The translations under genes and the position numbers were made by a program. From a virus: DNA of 64,000 bases. The stretch spans positions 43,886 to 107,885 of IMG/VR virus record IMGVR_UViG_3300029319_009305. One strand, 5' to 3'. The number at the start of each line of letters is the position of its first letter. The first letter of the stretch is position 1. The notes beneath the pieces were generated by a model. That model was not told the origin of the DNA and searched no databases. It saw nothing but the letters and a program-made list of their open reading frames with translations. Below, piece by piece: positions 16,770 to 26,898 of the stretch.

Positions 16770-18716
16770 ATGTTTGGTCAAGATATATTTGGAACTAATT
16801 TAATCAATGAGAGAAATCTAAAAGAAGAAATAAAAGATTGTGATGTCGTATTTGTTTCTGACTTGTACATTGATGATTATGTAGGTGGTGCAGAATTAAC
16901 CACAGAAGTTTTGTATCAATATTCAAATCACACTTTTGTGAATAAAAAAGTTTGCAAGATAAAATCAGATCAAGTCAACAAAGAATTGATTGAGGCTGGA
17001 TTACTAAAGAAGTGGGTTTTCTTTAATTATGCTGCCATGAGTATGAATTTAATCCCTATTATTGTTGCAAATCTGAATTATTCAATAGTTGAATATGATT
17101 ACAAATTTTGCAAGTATCGATCAACCGAAAAACATCTTTCTATTGAGTCAAAAGAATGTGATTGCCATAATCAGCAACAAGGAAAGATTGTGTCTGCTTT
17201 CATGTATGGTGCAGAATTTTTATTTTGGATGTCTGAAGAACAAAAGAATTTCTATTTTAAACTTTTTCCTTTTTTGAGTAGCAAGGACAATACTGTTGTA
17301 ACCTCTGCATTTACAAGGGCTACATTAGTACAACTTAAAGAATTAAGGTCTAATTCAAAAGAGCGAAAACAAAAAGCTATAATCATAGGTTCTAATTCAT
17401 GGATTAAAGGTGTTGAAGACTCTGTAGAATACTGTAAAAAAGAATTATCAGTTGATTATGATATTGTTTCTAACTTAAGACATTCTGATTTATTGAAAAA
17501 ATTAAGTGAATATGAACATTTTGTTTTCATGCCGAAAGGAAAGGACACATGCCCGAGAATAGTAATTGAAGCTAAACTCGCAGGTTGCAAAATCCACATT
17601 AACGATAACGTACAACATAAGGAAGAAGATTGGTGGAACAAAGATTTAGATTCTATTGATAAATTCTTAAGAAATGGTCCACAAGAAAAATTTTGGGGAA
17701 AATTAAATGGTTATTTTGTCAGATCAGAAAAAGTTAGTGGTTATACAACAACCCGTGATTGTATTGATCAAAAATACCCATTCAGACAGTGCATAGAATC
17801 AATGCTTGGATTTTGTGATCAAGTAGTCGTTGTAGATGGAGGATCCACAGATGGAACATGGGAGGCTTTGAAAGAAATTGCTCAAAAAGATGATAGGGTT
17901 TTAGTTGAGCAAAGAATCAGAGATTGGGATCATCCAAGATTTGCTGTGTTTGATGGTTTACAAAAAGCATATGCAAGAAGCTTGTGTACGGGTAAGTGGT
18001 GTTGGCAGATGGATAGTGACGAAATAGTTCACGAAAAGGATTACACAAAAGTTAAAAACCTTTTGAGAGATATTCCAAAGTCAATTCACTTATTAGCTTT
18101 ACCTGTTGTTGAATATTGGGGTGGTCCTGAGAAAGTAAGGGTTGATGTAAATCCCTGGAAGTGGCGCCTTAGTAGAAATTTAAAGCATATAACACACGGT
18201 ATTCCTGCTCAATTAAGAAAAAATGATGATGAAGGAAACCTCTATTCTTTACCAGGATCAGATGGGTGCGATTATATTGATAAAGACTCGTACCAGACAA
18301 TTCCATGTATGCATTTTTATGATCAAAATATTCATGATATAAGAATATCAGCATTAAAGGGAGATCAAAAAGCAGTTGAAGCTTATGAAAACTGGTTCAA
18401 TAACTTAATAGAAAATTTACCAGGAGTACATCATTATAGTTGGTTTGATCTGGAAAGAAAAATACACACTTATAAGAACTATTGGTCAAAGCACTGGCAG
18501 AGCCTTTATAATGTTGAGCAAGAAGATACACCAGAAAATAATATGTTTTTTGATAAGTCTTGGAAAGATGTAACAGACGATGAAATTAAAGATTTATCAA
18601 AGAAACTAAAAGAAGAAATGGGTGGATGGATATTCCATAATAAGGTTGACTTTAATCAAGGAACGCCTTATATCCTTATTGAAAGAGGCGAGCCTGAAAA
18701 TATGAGAGATAAATGA
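16770..18716 (+). CDS. two-domain glycosyltransferase (GT-B/GT4-like plus GT2)
   Basis: GGAE, DTCPRIVIEAKLAGC; VVVDGGSTDGT, QMDSDE. Confidence 0.8.
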   Translation: MFGQDIFGTNLINERNLKEEIKDCDVVFVSDLYIDDYVGGAELTTEVLYQYSNHTFVNKKVCKIKSDQVNKELIEAGLLKKWVFFNYAAMSMNLIPIIVANLNYSIVEYDYKFCKYRSTEKHLSIESKECDCHNQQQGKIVSAFMYGAEFLFWMSEEQKNFYFKLFPFLSSKDNTVVTSAFTRATLVQLKELRSNSKERKQKAIIIGSNSWIKGVEDSVEYCKKELSVDYDIVSNLRHSDLLKKLSEYEHFVFMPKGKDTCPRIVIEAKLAGCKIHINDNVQHKEEDWWNKDLDSIDKFLRNGPQEKFWGKLNGYFVRSEKVSGYTTTRDCIDQKYPFRQCIESMLGFCDQVVVVDGGSTDGTWEALKEIAQKDDRVLVEQRIRDWDHPRFAVFDGLQKAYARSLCTGKWCWQMDSDEIVHEKDYTKVKNLLRDIPKSIHLLALPVVEYWGGPEKVRVDVNPWKWRLSRNLKHITHGIPAQLRKNDDEGNLYSLPGSDGCDYIDKDSYQTIPCMHFYDQNIHDIRISALKGDQKAVEAYENWFNNLIENLPGVHHYSWFDLERKIHTYKNYWSKHWQSLYNVEQEDTPENNMFFDKSWKDVTDDEIKDLSKKLKEEMGGWIFHNKVDFNQGTPYILIERGEPENMRDK

Positions 18717-19456
18717 AAGAAACTAAATTTGTATTTCTAACGCCTGCTTATAATTGTGAAAATACAATTAGCCAAACTTTATTTTCTATGTTCGCACAAT
18801 CATATTGTAACTGGAGAGCAATTATAATCGATGATGTTTCGGATGATGGCACTAGTAAACAAATTCAAAGAATCATAGATAATTACCAGTTTTCAGATAA
18901 GATCAAGTTGAAAAGAAGGGAAGAGAAGTTTGGTGAAGTTAGAAATACTGTAGAAGAGGTATTCAACCATATAGACGATGATGAAGTTGTAGTTCGACTA
19001 GATGCAGGTGACTGGTTAACAGAAAATGATTGTCTTTATATGTTGAATGAGATTTATAAAAATCACAATCCTGCTGTTTGTTGGACCGGGCAACGTTGGG
19101 CTTATACAAACTATGGAATATCAAAAAAAATGAATCTACAGCCAAATCAGAGCGTTTATGAACATCCCTGGGTTTCTAGTCACCTTAAAACTTTTAGGGC
19201 TAAAGCTTTAAAAAAGGTAAGTAAGGGTAATTTCTTTGATGATGATGGAAACTGGATAATGATTGCTTGTGACCAGGCAGTTTTCTTACCAATGATGCAT
19301 TTAGCTGTAAAAGAAAAATTACCGCTTGTATTTTTCCCGCATGTGTGTTATCATTACAACATAGACTTAGAAAAACCAGATCTATTTACAGAAGATCGAT
19401 CAATACGCCAAAAATATTCAGCTGAATGGATTAGGAGTAGAGGATATGTTGAGTGA
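18713..19456 (+). CDS. GT2 glycosyltransferase
   Basis: TPAYN, IIDDVSDDGT, RLDAGD. Confidence 0.85.
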   Translation: MKETKFVFLTPAYNCENTISQTLFSMFAQSYCNWRAIIIDDVSDDGTSKQIQRIIDNYQFSDKIKLKRREEKFGEVRNTVEEVFNHIDDDEVVVRLDAGDWLTENDCLYMLNEIYKNHNPAVCWTGQRWAYTNYGISKKMNLQPNQSVYEHPWVSSHLKTFRAKALKKVSKGNFFDDDGNWIMIACDQAVFLPMMHLAVKEKLPLVFFPHVCYHYNIDLEKPDLFTEDRSIRQKYSAEWIRSRGYVE

Positions 19457-20364
19457 AAGTATACACCCACAATTTTAACCCAGCTTCAAATAGCGGTCCA
19501 AATAAATTTACCAGAACTTTATTCAATCAATTAATCAAAGATGAGAAAGTAACTTTATGTAGCCAAGAATTGGCCGACGTTGAATTCTGTTTAATTCAAC
19601 AACAGGTACATAAGGTTAAACCTATGGTTTTGCGTTTAGATGGTATATGGTTTAATTCTGATCAAGATTACAACAAACAGAATGAACCAATTAAATTTTC
19701 TTATGAAAATGCTGATGCTGTTATTTTTCAGTCAGAATTTAATAAAAAATTAACTGAAAAATGGTTTGGGAAACATCATAATTCTCACGTAATACATAAT
19801 GCTGCTGATTTAGAATTAATAAGATCAGCAAATGCAAGATTTTGGGATACTAAGTTTGGAAAAAATACAGAAGTTTGGTCGTGTGCGTCATCTTGGAGAC
19901 CACATAAAAGATTGAATGATAATATTAGATACTTTTTAGAATTTGCGCCTAAAGATGCTATTTTTGCAATTGCTGGTGCACTTGGCATGGATGATGCTAA
20001 AAAAATACCTAATGATAAGCGAATAGTTTTAATGGGTGACTTAGACTATATGAGTTTACTTTCACTGTATAAACGATCATCAACATTTGTACACTTAGCA
20101 TATCTTGATCATTGTCCGAACGTAGTTGTTGATGCACAAGCAGCAGGTTGCAAGATAATTTGTAGCATGTCAGGCGGTACGAATGAAGTGGTTAGCGATG
20201 GAATTGTAATTTACGAGAAAACTTGGGATTTTAGCCCCACAAGATTATATTATCCTCCTCCAATGGAATGGATTAAAATAGAAAAGAAAATAAATTATGA
20301 AGAAAAGTCGACAATTGTAAATTGCGCAGAGAAATATTTTAATGTGATGAAGGAGATAGCTTGA
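19453..20364 (+). CDS. GT4-like glycosyltransferase
   Basis: IFQSEF, DHCPNVVVDAQAAGC. Confidence 0.8.
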   Translation: MKVYTHNFNPASNSGPNKFTRTLFNQLIKDEKVTLCSQELADVEFCLIQQQVHKVKPMVLRLDGIWFNSDQDYNKQNEPIKFSYENADAVIFQSEFNKKLTEKWFGKHHNSHVIHNAADLELIRSANARFWDTKFGKNTEVWSCASSWRPHKRLNDNIRYFLEFAPKDAIFAIAGALGMDDAKKIPNDKRIVLMGDLDYMSLLSLYKRSSTFVHLAYLDHCPNVVVDAQAAGCKIICSMSGGTNEVVSDGIVIYEKTWDFSPTRLYYPPPMEWIKIEKKINYEEKSTIVNCAEKYFNVMKEIA

Positions 20365-21281
20365 AAGTTTTTGTTTTAGCTCCCCAAGAGGACTGGATAT
20401 GTGACAGACTTGTGGGAGAATGGTACGAATATTTTCCTGAATATTCAACAAGAAATGCTTACGAAGCTGACATCATCTGGTTGCTAGCAGGATGGTGTTG
20501 GAACCATATTCCGGTTGAGTTACTCAGAAATAAAAAAATAATAGTGACAGAACATCATATAGTACCGGAAAAATTTGACAATCAAAAATATGAAAATTTT
20601 AAAATGAGAGATCAATTTGTTGATTGCTATCACGTGCCTAATGAAAAAACAAAAAGTTTGTTACAACAAATAACAGACAAAAGAATAGAAGTTATATCTT
20701 ATTGGTATAATGAAAAATTATGGCAACCTACAGATTCAAAAAAAGCAAAAAGTTATTTAGGTTTATCTGAAGAAAAATATTACGTAGGATCTTTTCAACG
20801 AGATACAGAAGGCTCAGATTTAAAGACACCAAAATTAGAAAAAGGGCCCGATATTTTTTGTGATTATCTAATTAGGAATAGAAATAAATTAAATAATCTT
20901 CATGTCCTATTGGGCGGCTGGCGTAGACAATATGTTGAAAATAGATTAAAAGAAGCAGGAATAGAATACACGCTTTTTGAAAAAACTAATATTGAAAAAA
21001 TTAAAATGTTATATTCGGCGTGTGATTTATATATTGTTAGCTCTAGGTATGAGGGAGGTCCTCAAGCAATCATTGAAGCTGCAGCAATGAAAGTGCCTAT
21101 AATATCTACAGATGTAGGAATAGCAAATACAGTCCTTAATAAGAATTGTATTGTTGATATAAGTAAAGATTTTTATACACCTAATGAAAAGGATGTAGAA
21201 TTTGCTTACGAAAAAGTTTTAAAATTAAACTTAAAAGAGCATGGAAAAAAATTCATTAAATTTTTCATGGAGGTAAAATGA
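20361..21281 (+). CDS. GT4 glycosyltransferase
   Basis: SRYEGGPQAIIEAAAMKVPIISTDVG. Confidence 0.85.
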   Translation: MKVFVLAPQEDWICDRLVGEWYEYFPEYSTRNAYEADIIWLLAGWCWNHIPVELLRNKKIIVTEHHIVPEKFDNQKYENFKMRDQFVDCYHVPNEKTKSLLQQITDKRIEVISYWYNEKLWQPTDSKKAKSYLGLSEEKYYVGSFQRDTEGSDLKTPKLEKGPDIFCDYLIRNRNKLNNLHVLLGGWRRQYVENRLKEAGIEYTLFEKTNIEKIKMLYSACDLYIVSSRYEGGPQAIIEAAAMKVPIISTDVGIANTVLNKNCIVDISKDFYTPNEKDVEFAYEKVLKLNLKEHGKKFIKFFMEVK

Positions 21282-22249
21282 AAACAAGAAAACGTGCGCT
21301 AATTACTGGAATTAATGGAATGGACGGTTCACACTTAGCTGATTTTTTGCTTGAAAAGGACTATGAAGTGTTTGGCGTTGAAAGAAGATCTTCTGTTAAA
21401 AACAGAAAAAATACAAAACACCTTGAGGGTAAAATAACTTTTCTAACAGGCGACTTAACAGATCAAAATTCATTGTTTAGATGCTTAAAAAATAGCAACC
21501 CCCACGAAGTATATAATTTAGCTGCCCAATCTTTTGTAGGAGAAAGTTGGAATACTCCTGAACAAACATCAGACGTGACAGGATTAGGTGCACTAAGAAT
21601 GCTTGAAGCAATTAGAGAATACGGTAGAAGATTAAAGTTTTATCAAGCAAGCACTTCAGAACTTTACGGAAGAATGGTTGAAAACCCTGCAAAGGAAACG
21701 ACTCCATTTTACCCTAGAAGTCCGTATGGAGTCGCTAAACTATATGCACACTGGATAACCAAAAATTATAGAGAATCATATGACATGTTTAACGTATCAG
21801 GTATACTTTTTAATCATGAATCAGAAAGAAGAGGTCTTGAATTTGTTACTAGAAAAATTAGTAATGGAGTTGCCAAAATAAGTCTAGGGTTGAGCGATCA
21901 TATTTCATTAGGTAATTTAGATTCTAAGCGGGACTGGGGATATGCACCTGATTATGTAGAAGCTATGTGGTTGATGATGCAACAGGATGAACCAGATGAT
22001 TTCGTAATAGCAACAGGTGAAGCTTATTCAATTAGAGACTTTTTAGATGTTGCTTTCGATTGTGTAGGTATTAATAATTGGAATGAATACGTTCGTCAAG
22101 ATCCACGTTACATGAGACCAGCTGAGGTTGATGTTTTAAGGGGTGATTACTCTAAAGCTAAGAAAAAGTTAGGTTGGGAGCCTAGAACTGATTTCAAAAC
22201 ATTAGTCAGTAACATGGTAAAAAGTGATATAAATTTTTTAAAGGAGTAA
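21278..22249 (+). CDS. gmd: GDP-mannose 4,6-dehydratase
   Basis: GINGMDG, NLAAQSFV, YQASTSE, PRSPYGVAK, NHESERRG, FVTRKI, RDWG. Confidence 0.93.
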   Translation: MKTRKRALITGINGMDGSHLADFLLEKDYEVFGVERRSSVKNRKNTKHLEGKITFLTGDLTDQNSLFRCLKNSNPHEVYNLAAQSFVGESWNTPEQTSDVTGLGALRMLEAIREYGRRLKFYQASTSELYGRMVENPAKETTPFYPRSPYGVAKLYAHWITKNYRESYDMFNVSGILFNHESERRGLEFVTRKISNGVAKISLGLSDHISLGNLDSKRDWGYAPDYVEAMWLMMQQDEPDDFVIATGEAYSIRDFLDVAFDCVGINNWNEYVRQDPRYMRPAEVDVLRGDYSKAKKKLGWEPRTDFKTLVSNMVKSDINFLKE

Positions 22250-22251
22250 TT

Positions 22252-23109
22252 ATGAGTAATTTATATAAGTTTGAATGGCACACGCATCTGTGTGAATATT
22301 ACGGGGTAACTCCTGAGGATGCTTTAAAACTAGGAACGAGAAAGACTGGCAGGCGCCCTAGCTTACCTGGTTCGGAAACATGTCAACCTGTTGAAGGTAA
22401 AAATCTCGAAGAAATATGGGAAATGAAAGAACGAACAGACCTAAAAGATGTTTTTGATTTCTACAAAGATCAAGGAGCTTGGAGTTCATTTAGACAATGT
22501 GTTAGACACAAGGATTTAGAACAGTATCACTTAAACATGTTAGGGGTTTTAAGACAGTTAAAAGTTTTGAAAGAAGGAACTCATATTTGTGAGTATGGTT
22601 GCGGTGTTGCTCCTTATGTTACTTCTCTTTTGAAATATTTAGATCCATCAACAGAGGTGAAATTAAAACTAACAATGGCAGACGTTGATTGTGATCATTT
22701 TAATTTTGCAAAATTTAGACTCAATGACATCAAAGAAAAAAGAGGTTTTACAAATGTTGATATGAACTTTGAAACAATAACACCAGAAAAATTACCTAGT
22801 TTCAACAATGAAAATCTAGATGTCGTTATTTGTTTTGAAGTTTTAGAGCATACACCCAGCCCCGTGGATGTTATTAATAATATCAAAGATAATATGGCAC
22901 CAGGAGGTGTATACATAGAAAACTTCATAAAGCATCCACCTCCACCAGAAGATGATACTGGTGGCCCGGATTTAGAATCTGCTAGACTAGAAAGAACTGC
23001 ATATTACGAAATACTTGAAGAATACTTTAATTTAGTTTCTTCTAGGGGGATAGCAGATCCTCACAATCATCCTAACGAAACAAGAGTTTGGCAGAGAAAC
23101 TCTCTCTAA
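22252..23109 (+). CDS. class I SAM-dependent methyltransferase
   Basis: EYGCG, CFEVLEH. Confidence 0.8.
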   Translation: MSNLYKFEWHTHLCEYYGVTPEDALKLGTRKTGRRPSLPGSETCQPVEGKNLEEIWEMKERTDLKDVFDFYKDQGAWSSFRQCVRHKDLEQYHLNMLGVLRQLKVLKEGTHICEYGCGVAPYVTSLLKYLDPSTEVKLKLTMADVDCDHFNFAKFRLNDIKEKRGFTNVDMNFETITPEKLPSFNNENLDVVICFEVLEHTPSPVDVINNIKDNMAPGGVYIENFIKHPPPPEDDTGGPDLESARLERTAYYEILEEYFNLVSSRGIADPHNHPNETRVWQRNSL

Positions 23110-23122
23110 GGCAGGTAGATCA

Positions 23123-23827
23123 ATGAGAAAAATATTTATTAAAGAAAAATTGAAAGAAATGAACGTCCAATTGGAAGACATTGTAATGGGAGATTTTGAT
23201 GTCATTGGTGAATATACGGCAAAAAAGCCTAGATCACCTGATTCTGACTATTACAAAAAGTACGGATGCTTTTTTAGGCCCAACTATGAAAGAGGAATAT
23301 TGATGTATTACCTTATCAGGAAAAATGAGGTAAATTCTGTTTTAGAGATTGGTTTCGGAAGAGGGTATTCTGCGTTTTGCATGGCAAAAGCAATGTGCGA
23401 TCATGGGATAGATGGTAAGATTACAACTGTTGACCCTAGTTTAGATAAAAATTTTCTGGAACAGCTTACGAGAGTTTTTCCTAAAATATGGTTTGACAAA
23501 ATTGAATTTATGGGTTGCACATCTGATACGTATTTTGAAAAAAATCCGGATAAAAAATTTGATTTAATATACATAGACGGAGATCATACTTACAACGCAG
23601 TCAAAAAAGATTGGGAAAACTCTAGAGAAAGGTACAATAAATTTCTACTATTTGACGATTATCATTTACCTACAAAGCAACAACCAGAAATAGAATGCTC
23701 TAAAGTAATTGATAAGATTGATGATAAAAGCAAAGAACTTATAATCTTAGATAGAAGAATGTTCTATGATGATCTTTTAAGAAAAGACGAAGATATTGAT
23801 TATGGTCAGGTTTTGTTAACGAAATAG
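23123..23827 (+). CDS. class I SAM methyltransferase (Methyltransf_24-like)
   Basis: LEIGFGRGYS, IYIDGDH, FDD. Confidence 0.82.
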   Translation: MRKIFIKEKLKEMNVQLEDIVMGDFDVIGEYTAKKPRSPDSDYYKKYGCFFRPNYERGILMYYLIRKNEVNSVLEIGFGRGYSAFCMAKAMCDHGIDGKITTVDPSLDKNFLEQLTRVFPKIWFDKIEFMGCTSDTYFEKNPDKKFDLIYIDGDHTYNAVKKDWENSRERYNKFLLFDDYHLPTKQQPEIECSKVIDKIDDKSKELIILDRRMFYDDLLRKDEDIDYGQVLLTK

Positions 23828-23841
23828 ATGAGGGTTGCGAA

Positions 23842-24771
23842 GTGAAATTGTATATAAACAGATCAGTTATGAATAAACCATGGGGTGGTGGTGGACATTT
23901 TGTAACTAATTTTACTAACTATATGAAAAGAAGGGGTCACGATGTTGTATTTAATTTTGTAAAAGATATTGATGTTATGTTACTTATAGACCCGAGACCT
24001 AGTGAATTAGGTTCGTCAATCAATGACGTCTTGCAGTATAAACATTATTTCCCTAAAACCAAAATAGTTCATAGGATTAATGAGTGTGATAAGAGAAAAA
24101 ACACAAACTTTATTGACGACTTAATAGTAAGATCAAATGAATATGCTGATGAGACAATATTTATAAGTCAATGGTTGAAAGACTATTTTTATGCTAAAGG
24201 TATCAATCGAGATAGTCATGTCATATACAACGGATGTAATACAGAACATTTTAAGCCTAGTGATAAATTATTTGATAATAAAAATGTAAAATTAGTGACT
24301 CATCATTGGTCTGACAATTGGCTGAAAGGTTTTGATATATATACAAAAATAGATGAGTACATAACAAACAATAATTGTAATTTTGAATTTACTTATGTCG
24401 GGCGCTACAACAAGAATTACAGTCCTAAATCAACAAGCATAGTAGAGCCACTTTATGGTGAAAGCTTAGGAGAGGAATTAAGAAATCATGACATATATGT
24501 AACAGCTTCTAGATTTGAACCCTGCGGTATGCATCATATTGAAGGGGCTGCTTCTGGACTTCCTGTATTGTATCATATTGATGGCGGGGGAATAAATGGA
24601 TTATGCTCTTATCATGGAGAATCCTTCAGTAATTTTGATGAATTTCTAGAAAAATTAAAACTATTGATAGACAATTATCAGAAGTTCAAGGACAAGATTG
24701 ATTATAAGCGTCTGTGTGCAGAAAAATGTAGCGAAATGTATTGTAAAGTATTAGAAGAAATTATATTATAG
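23842..24771 (+). CDS. GT4-like glycosyltransferase
   Basis: WGGG, SRFEPCGMHHIEGAASGLP. Confidence 0.82.
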   Translation: MKLYINRSVMNKPWGGGGHFVTNFTNYMKRRGHDVVFNFVKDIDVMLLIDPRPSELGSSINDVLQYKHYFPKTKIVHRINECDKRKNTNFIDDLIVRSNEYADETIFISQWLKDYFYAKGINRDSHVIYNGCNTEHFKPSDKLFDNKNVKLVTHHWSDNWLKGFDIYTKIDEYITNNNCNFEFTYVGRYNKNYSPKSTSIVEPLYGESLGEELRNHDIYVTASRFEPCGMHHIEGAASGLPVLYHIDGGGINGLCSYHGESFSNFDEFLEKLKLLIDNYQKFKDKIDYKRLCAEKCSEMYCKVLEEIIL

Positions 24772-24786
24772 TGAAAAAAGGTTTTT

Positions 24787-25185
24787 ATGAGTGAAAAATT
24801 AATCTTTACTAATGGATGTTTCGACATCATCCACCCAGGGCATATAAGTTTGTTAAAGTATGCAAAAAGTTTAGGTGGAAAATTGATAGTAGGTCTAAAT
24901 AGTGATAATAGTATTAGACTAAACAAGGGTCCAAATAGACCTATTAATTGTGTGGATTATAGAAAGAATATTTTATTGGCAATTAGATATGTTGATGAAG
25001 TGGTGATATTTCATGAAAAAACGCCTTTCAACCTTATAAAAAAAATAAAACCAGATATAATTGTTAAAGGCGGTGACTACACCCCAGAAGAAGTTGTAGG
25101 AAAAGACATCGCAGAAATTAGGATATTTAAATATGTTGACGGGTACTCTACTACAAAAACAATTAAAAGTATTACTAATCGGTGA
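24787..25185 (+). CDS. HldE C-terminal-type (RfaE domain II) sugar-phosphate nucleotidyltransferase
   Basis: FTNGCFDIIHPGH, GLNSD, KGPNRP, VKGGDY, GYSTT. Confidence 0.88.
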   Translation: MSEKLIFTNGCFDIIHPGHISLLKYAKSLGGKLIVGLNSDNSIRLNKGPNRPINCVDYRKNILLAIRYVDEVVIFHEKTPFNLIKKIKPDIIVKGGDYTPEEVVGKDIAEIRIFKYVDGYSTTKTIKSITNR

Positions 25186-25945
25186 GACGTGTATAGACTA
25201 TTATGTTTATGGTAACGTAAAAAAGAATTACATTGAATCAAAACTATGTAGTGATTCAGCCCCTGTTTTTAATGTCATCAAATCAGAAAAGAAAATGGGA
25301 ATGGCTTCTAATGTTTTTGAGAGCATCAAATCTTTAAAATGTGATATAACTTTTCTAACAAACAAAGTCCCCATTGTTAAAAAAAGGTTTATAGAAAATA
25401 CTTCTGAAAAACATTATTTAAGAGCTGACTTTGATGATAAATGTCAACCGCTTAGTTTGAAAAAATTAAAAAAAATAAACTTAAAAAGCTTTGATTATAT
25501 TGTTTTTTCTGATTATAACAAGGGATTAGTGACTCAAGAGGTTATAACTTACGTGGTCAAAAATTTTAAAGGCCTTATTTTTGTTGATTCAAAAAAAATT
25601 AATTTAAAAAGCTATGATAACTGTGTAATTAAAATAAACAACCACGAATTCAATAAGGTTGAAATATTCCCAGATAATTTTAAACTAATAGTAACAAGAG
25701 GCAAAGAAGGCGCGACATATGAAGGAGTAGTCTTTCCAATTTATGATGTCGATAATGTTATAGACATATGTGGAGCTGGTGATAATTTCTTAGCAGGATT
25801 ATCTTATCTTTTTTATCATACAAAAGATATGGATACTTCAATTAATTTTGCTAATTATTGTGCAGCAACTTGTCTAGATACAGTAGGCGTTAAGCCTTTT
25901 TCATCTGATGATATTGATTACTACTTTAAAAATTTTTTAATTTAG
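25133..25945 (+). CDS. PfkB-family kinase, HldE N-terminal (RfaE domain I) type
   Basis: IGETCIDYY, SDYNKG, VTRGKEGA, DICGAGD. Confidence 0.82.
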   Translation: MLTGTLLQKQLKVLLIGETCIDYYVYGNVKKNYIESKLCSDSAPVFNVIKSEKKMGMASNVFESIKSLKCDITFLTNKVPIVKKRFIENTSEKHYLRADFDDKCQPLSLKKLKKINLKSFDYIVFSDYNKGLVTQEVITYVVKNFKGLIFVDSKKINLKSYDNCVIKINNHEFNKVEIFPDNFKLIVTRGKEGATYEGVVFPIYDVDNVIDICGAGDNFLAGLSYLFYHTKDMDTSINFANYCAATCLDTVGVKPFSSDDIDYYFKNFLI

Positions 25946-25975
25946 TTGTAATAGTTTTTTTATTTTTGTTATAAT
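25946..25975 (+). promoter_or_regulatory. sigma70-like promoter TTGTAA-N18-TATAAT with extended -10 TG
   Basis: Direct reading; SD AGGAG follows. Confidence 0.6.
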
Positions 25976-25994
25976 CTAATTTAGGAGAAATAAA

Positions 25995-26891
25995 ATGAAA
26001 GACTTAGTATCGATATGTCTACACACAGGAAAAATAGAAAATATTTTAATGTTTCAAAATGCAATTAAATCTTTTGTTGCTAACAATACTTATCCTGCTG
26101 TTGAACTGGTCTTAATAGAATCAAGTCAAAATAAAAAAGTTAGATCATGGATAGATAATCTAGATTTAAATAATTTTGTAAATTTTGATGGCACTAGTTC
26201 GTTAGTCAAACCTAGTCCCGATGTTAACATACAACTTTTAAAAATTTATAGTGATTTTGAAGATTTTTATGACCAGAAAACAGGTGATAAAATGTGGTGG
26301 GTTCCCTTTATCAAATCTTTAGATAAAGCTCTAGATCAGTCTAACGGAAAGTATTTTACCTATCTTGCTGAGGATATACAATTCGTCGTAAAGGGAGATG
26401 TAATATCAGATTACATTCAGATACTAAAAAAAGAAGGTGAAGAAAACTCAATGATTCACTTTGTTACCCAACATATGTACAAATATCTTAAAAATAATAA
26501 CAGATATGAAGGTCCTTATTTTATTAATGATGTAAAATATTACAAGCCTGTTGAGGTTAAATGGGATTTGAATGTTTTCTGCAATAAGAATCTCATATAC
26601 GAAAAATTAGGTCCTATTGTTGATTGGAACATTATGCACGGTATGAATGAAAACTATACAAAAATCTCTAGAGAGATTGGTTTGAAAAGATATTACCCAG
26701 AAATATTTCCTGCTATGTGGTTTCACAATAATCATAAAAGTGAGTTATTGAAGATATTATCAGAAAATAATAAAAAAAATTCTGATTACTTGCTTTTTGA
26801 ATCACACAGTCATGAATCAATAAAAGAAGCATGTAAGAGTGCTACCCGCCCACTAAGCACGGAAGATTTCCAAAAAGTTAATTTAAAATGA
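25995..26891 (+). CDS. divergent GT2-like / hypothetical protein
   Basis: LVSIC...NTYPAVELVLIES...YFTYLAED resembles a GT-A fold. Confidence 0.55.
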   Translation: MKDLVSICLHTGKIENILMFQNAIKSFVANNTYPAVELVLIESSQNKKVRSWIDNLDLNNFVNFDGTSSLVKPSPDVNIQLLKIYSDFEDFYDQKTGDKMWWVPFIKSLDKALDQSNGKYFTYLAEDIQFVVKGDVISDYIQILKKEGEENSMIHFVTQHMYKYLKNNNRYEGPYFINDVKYYKPVEVKWDLNVFCNKNLIYEKLGPIVDWNIMHGMNENYTKISREIGLKRYYPEIFPAMWFHNNHKSELLKILSENNKKNSDYLLFESHSHESIKEACKSATRPLSTEDFQKVNLK

Positions 26892-26898
26892 GTAGAGA

